The translations under genes and the position numbers were made by a program. Below are positions 58,467 through 64,000 of a stretch of 64,000 nt of DNA, one piece after another. How positions within the stretch are numbered: position 1 is the first letter of the stretch; each line of letters starts with the position of its first letter. The stretch lies in the NCBI GenBank assembly GCA_034521595.1, contig JAXHMG010000003.1, positions 960,001 to 1,024,000 on the forward strand. Reading direction: 5' to 3'. The notes under the pieces were generated by a model, which saw only the letters and a list, made by a program, of their open reading frames with translations, was not told the DNA's origin and made no database searches. The DNA is from Gemmatimonadota bacterium. GTDB lineage: Bacteria; Gemmatimonadota; Gemmatimonadetes; Longimicrobiales; Gaopeijiaceae.

Positions 58467-61400
58467 GTTGGGCCTTCACGATCTCGAACAGGGCCTCTGC
58501 CAGGATGTCGTCTCCTCCGACCTCGGCCTTGATCGCATTGCGAACTTCGCGCTCCTTGAACCGGTTTCCGCGCCAGTCTGCCTTCTTGACCTGGCGGATG
58601 GCCCGATCGATGGCGATGGCCGTCTCGCTGCGGCACGCCTCGGGGCGACGGCTCTCGCAGGCCGTATCGGGCGCCGAGCTCCATCGAGATTGTCGTAGAG
58701 GGCGCGGAGTGGAGGTGTCTCGATTTCGGCTGGGTAGGTGGAGCCGGTGTGTGGTTGACTCACCTTCCACGTCAGGTCCACAATCCCAGCCAGGTACGCC
58801 TTGTAGTCCAGCGCTTCTTGGCGGCGTTGTGTGATGAGTGCGTCCAGCAGCATCCGACATGTGCTCGTAGTACTTCGGGTTGACGGCCATCTCGTCGATG
58901 ATCAGGCGGCGGACGTTGTTCTCGATCGTCTCTGCCATCGCCTCCCGGTCGCTCGGCGCAGCGTCTGCGGCAGGGCATCCAGACCGCCTGCTTCGCCACG
59001 CTCGACGATCAGTTCGACAAGTGTCAGGTCGTCGAAGGCTGAGAGCTTTTCGCTGTCCTCTGCGCGGATGTAAGTGTCGAGCAGGTGACGCATGGCCGGC
59101 TCGTACATCTTCATGTCGATGTAGTCGCCGCTGGCGAGCTTCACCTCCTCGCGGACCTTTTCGTAGTGGGTGACCTCCCCCCTGACCGCCTCCGCCTCTG
59201 CATCGGAATAGCCCGCCTGGCCCATCTCGTTCGCGAGATTCGCATAGGCCCGCACGTACGCGCCCAACCAGCTTATAGAGTGCGATGCGCTTGGGCTCGT
59301 TGTTCTTCAGTTGTTCGCCGTTTCCGCTCTCGGCGGCGCAGAAGTAGCGCAAGTGGGCCGACGTGTCTCGCGGCGGCTCCACGGGCTCGCACAGCGCCTT
59401 CACCGCCTCGCGCGCCTCCTCCAGCCGCTCGTGGCCCTGCTTCGAGCCGATCCTTTGAGCAGTCCCGCCACATCCTCTTGGTCGTACCCGCCGAAGGCCT
59501 CGCCGGTGTAGTCCTTGATGGACTGCTCGAGCGACCGGAACAGGTCCTTGTAGTCGACGATATAGCCGTACTCCTTGTCCTCGCCGTCGAGCCGGTTGAC
59601 GCGGCAGATGGCCTGGAACAGGCCGTGGTCCTGCATCTGCTTGTCGATGTAGAGGTAGGTGGCCGGCAGCGCGTCGAACCCGGTGAGGAGTTTGTCGACC
59701 ACGATCAGGAGCTTCATCTGGCCGGGCTGCTCGACGAAGCGCTTCTTCACCTCCTCCTCGAACTGCTCGACCTTGTACATGGCCTTGCTTTCCGGCTCAT
59801 CGAAGTGGGCCGCGAGCATCTTCCGGTAGATGTCGTACTGGTGAAGCTTTTCAGTCAACCCCTCTCCGGTATCTCTCGCCCTTGATGTCGGCCGGCGACG
59901 GCTGGTACAGAGGTGACGATCGCGCACTTGCCCGGCGAGATCCGGTCTGCTGGAACATCTCGAAGAAGCGGCAGGCCGAGTAAATGCTGCCCGACACGAG
60001 AATCGCGTTGCCGTGACCGCTCTTGAGCCGGTCGCGCGTCGCCATGTCCATCATGATGTCCGCGACGATGGTTTCCAGCCGATCACGCGCCGATAGCACC
60101 TTTTTCATGGTGCCCCAGCGTTGCTTGAGCTGGGCCTTGGCGATGTCCGTGAGTCCCTTGGTCTTCAGCTCGAACCACCGATCGACCTTCTCCTGCGAGG
60201 TGATGCGCTGGTCGATGTCGCGAGCTTCGTACGCGAAGATCCAGCACCACACCGTCGTGCACCGCCTCGTCGTACTTGTAGGTGTGGATGTAGGGGCCGA
60301 ACGTCTCGATGCTGCGCCGTTTGTCACTCTTGAGCAGCGGCGTGCCGGTGAAGCCCATCAGCGTCGCATCGGGCAGTAAAGCCTTCATTGCCTCATGCAG
60401 CTTACCGGACTGAGTCCGGTGGCACTCATCGACGAAGACGAAGAGCTCGCCCTTGGGCGCGGAAGTCCCTGGGGACGTGCTTCTTGATGTCGTCGAGGAA
60501 GGCGGCAACGTCACCTTCCTCTGAGGCGCCGAACTTGTGGATCAGCGAGCAAATCAGCCATTCCTCGCTGGCGTTCAGCACCTGTGCGAGGTCGGCGCCG
60601 CTCGTCGTGCGGTAGATCTCCTCGCTGACGCCCTTGAAGACCTTCTCGATCTGGTCGTCCAGCTCGGTGCGGTCGGTGATGATCAGCACCCGGCTGTCCG
60701 GCACGTGCTCTCGGATCCACTTTGCGCAGCCACACCATGATCAGGCTCTTGCCGCTCCCCTGGGTGTGCCAGAGGATGCCGCCCTCCCGCTGAAGCGCAT
60801 GCGTCTGAGCGGCCCGCACCCCGAAGTACTGGTTGTGACGGCAGGTCTTCTTGATGCCGGCATCGAAGACCATGAAGTCGTGGATGATCTCGAGCAGCCG
60901 CTCCTTGCGGCAGAGCTGGCCCAACTCCCGAAGTAGCGGATTGTCCCCGGCCTCCGGATCGACCTCGGCTTCCTTCCAGCGGAGCCAGTACTTCTCCGGT
61001 GTCTCGATGACGCCGTAGCGCAGCCCCTCGGTGTCGTTCCCCGCCATCACCAGCTGCACCGTCGCGTAGAAGGGCCGGATGAAGGTCTTCTTCTGGCTGT
61101 CGAGGTTCTGGCGGATCCCTTCGCTCACGGACACGGTCGACCGCTTCAGCTCCAGCACGCCGAGCGCGACGCCGTTCACATAGAGCACGACGTCAGGGCG
61201 TTTGGTATGCTCGCCGGCGACGGTCACTTCCTCGGCGACAGCGAAGTCGTTGTTGTCGGGGTCCTCCCAGTCGATCAGCCACACCGTCTCGGTCTGCTCG
61301 CCGACATCAGGCCGAACCTTCACGCCGTAGCGCAGGAGGCCGTAGACCTCGCGGTTGGCGTCGTAAGCGTCTTGCTGCCCGACAGTCCGGCGGCCTTGGC

Positions 61401-61599
61401 CAGTGCGAACAGCACTTTGCCGATGATCTTGTCGCCGTGGCCTTGCCCGTCTGAGCCAGTCCGTCAGAAGGGCCTTCTCGACGTTTCCACTGCCCTCGCG
61501 GTCCTTCCAATACCCGAGGTGATCGTAGCCGAGGGCATCCCGGAAGAAGTCGATCACTCGCTTCTGGGTGAGGGCTTCGCGTTGACCGACGTTGCTCAT
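58456..61599 (-). CDS. hsdR: Type I restriction endonuclease subunit R (multiple frameshifts)
   Basis: RPDVVLYVNG..LELK, WHTQGSGKS, VDECHR, GFTGTP, LLTGFD, QAICRVNR. Confidence 0.9.
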
Positions 61600-62470
61600 A
61601 CCCCCGCCTCCGCGCGCGCATTCTGGAGCTGCTTCAGGGTGACGCCGTGTGCATCCTTCCACGCGTTCCTGCCGTTTGCGGCGCCGCCAACGAGGACTCC
61701 GGCCGCCAGTGGACGGTGACGCGAAGCCGGAAGTCCTGGGTGAACACGAGATGGACACCCTCTTCCACGAGCACCGCGCGGTCCCGCGAGTTGTCGGCGG
61801 AGGTCGCGAATGATAGTCATGGACCGATTTTCGTCTCGGAGGCACGGCCCTTCGACCCCTGAAGCACAACGAAGCCATCCGCCAACTTCGCGCCCTCTCG
61901 CCTCACTTCCCCTTTCCGAGAGATATAGCACCCCGTCGGCTACCGAGGCAGGCTCGTCGGTGGCCGCTGCCTCGAAGGCATCCACGCCTAGCAGAGGGTA
62001 GATGACGAGCATCTCCGCCAGGAACCACTCGGCGTCGGCCCGGTCAGCCTCGGACAGGGGTGGCTCTCCGGCACGCTGCCGTTGTCGAGCTCCCACTGGT
62101 TTGCGGATCATCGCCAGGGCGAGCAGCCTTGCTTCCAGGAAACGTACGACGGCCTTGTTGAGGCTCTCGTCGGTGCTGGTGAAGGCGACGAAACGGGTTC
62201 CAGAAGTCCTTGCGGCTCGCGTGTTGTTTGCATCCGTTCGCGCAGCACATCGGCCTCACCGACGTAGAGGCGGTCGCTACCGCCGTCGCCCGGCCCAAGG
62301 AGCAGGTATACGCCTGGCCTGCCCATCTCCTCCCGCTCTAACGCGCGACCCAGCTGTGAACGACTCGCCACCACGGCTCGCCCGACCCAGTTGGACTTGT
62401 CGACAAGGCGGATCCCGTCCGGAGAGCCGTCTGCGAGGAAGATCCGAATGGAGGTGGGACGAAGGTCGCG
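61596..62470 (-). CDS. GIY-YIG nuclease / DUF4357 protein (frameshifted)
   Basis: IRIFLADG, PGVYLLLG...LYVGEAD, AANGRNAWK. Located between hsdS and hsdR. Confidence 0.75.
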
Positions 62471-62474
62471 ACCC

Positions 62475-62966
62475 GTCTCCCGTTTCGGAGTCTGCGGGTT
62501 CGACCAACCGGATGCGGCCCGTGAGTAGCTGCTGCATCATGCCCTGCTTGATGGCGCGGATCTTGTCACGGCGGCGCTCCAGCGCGGCAATTTCCGCGTC
62601 CATGTCGGAGAGGACGGTGGCGATGGCAACCTGTTCCTCCTCCGTCGGCGGCAGGGCTACTCGGAAAGCCTGGAACGTGGGGAGACGAAGCGAATCGACC
62701 GTTGCCTTGACCGTGTTCTGCATCGCCCAAGCGCCGAATCTGATCGCCATGAAGGAATGGACGAACCTGGTCGACACCCCCGGCGACATTTGGGTGATTG
62801 CATAGACCCTCTGATGTACATCGAACCGACCACTGACGTAATGGAAGATCTCTCCGATGCAGGCCTTCCCCGGGGACGAGTATGGCTTCATCGGTGAGGG
62901 AGTAGCTGTCAATTCGTTCCACTACGTCGGAGCGTACGAAGAAGGCGTATTCGCCGTCCGGAACCT
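62475..62966 (-). pseudogene. hsdS: Type I RM specificity subunit, 3' part, interrupted by IS3
   Basis: LPPTEEEQVAIATVLSDMDAEI...KQGMMQQLLTGRIRL. The frame runs up to the IS end at 62967. Confidence 0.85.

Positions 62967-64000
<1,034 letters not shown>

Overview
High-GC bacterial window. Gene content suggests Gemmatimonadota/Longimicrobiales, which is an inference. It has three zones. (1) 1-16.7 kb is an accessory region: a Phd/AbrB-Doc-like TA pair, seven exported 6-bladed beta-propeller paralogues (shared GxxGxGPGEF motif), a 69-aa secreted peptide with 10 Cys, a one-Cys thioredoxin-fold protein, HTH and AraC-like regulators, and padR plus an ADOP permease. The 11.6-16.5 kb part is flanked by a 271-bp direct repeat. 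(2) 16.8-45.8 kb is intact, core-like DNA: MFP-TolC-RND-RND operon, OM barrel, glnS-YqeY, gltX, a LexA-like repressor lacking the self-cleavage residues, tadA, GHL10 lipoprotein, NhaC, pyrRBC, rpsT, site-2 protease, scpAB, rluB, trkHA and tRNA-Ile2(CAT). (3) 45.85-64 kb is a defence island at the tRNA. It carries a broken tyrosine integrase, an integron-type cassette array with no visible intI (attC sites and an attI-like site read directly from the DNA; cargo is HEPN proteins, PD-(D/E)XK nucleases and a type II RM pair), and a type I RM locus whose hsdS is interrupted by an IS3 element. The best candidates for something undescribed are the Cys-rich peptide/thioredoxin/beta-propeller locus and the defence cassette array. 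A decayed copy of the same ~160-bp attC family abuts the peptide gene about 46 kb away from the array. Accessory zones are full of frameshifts, from sequencing error or decay, so many coordinates there are approximate.
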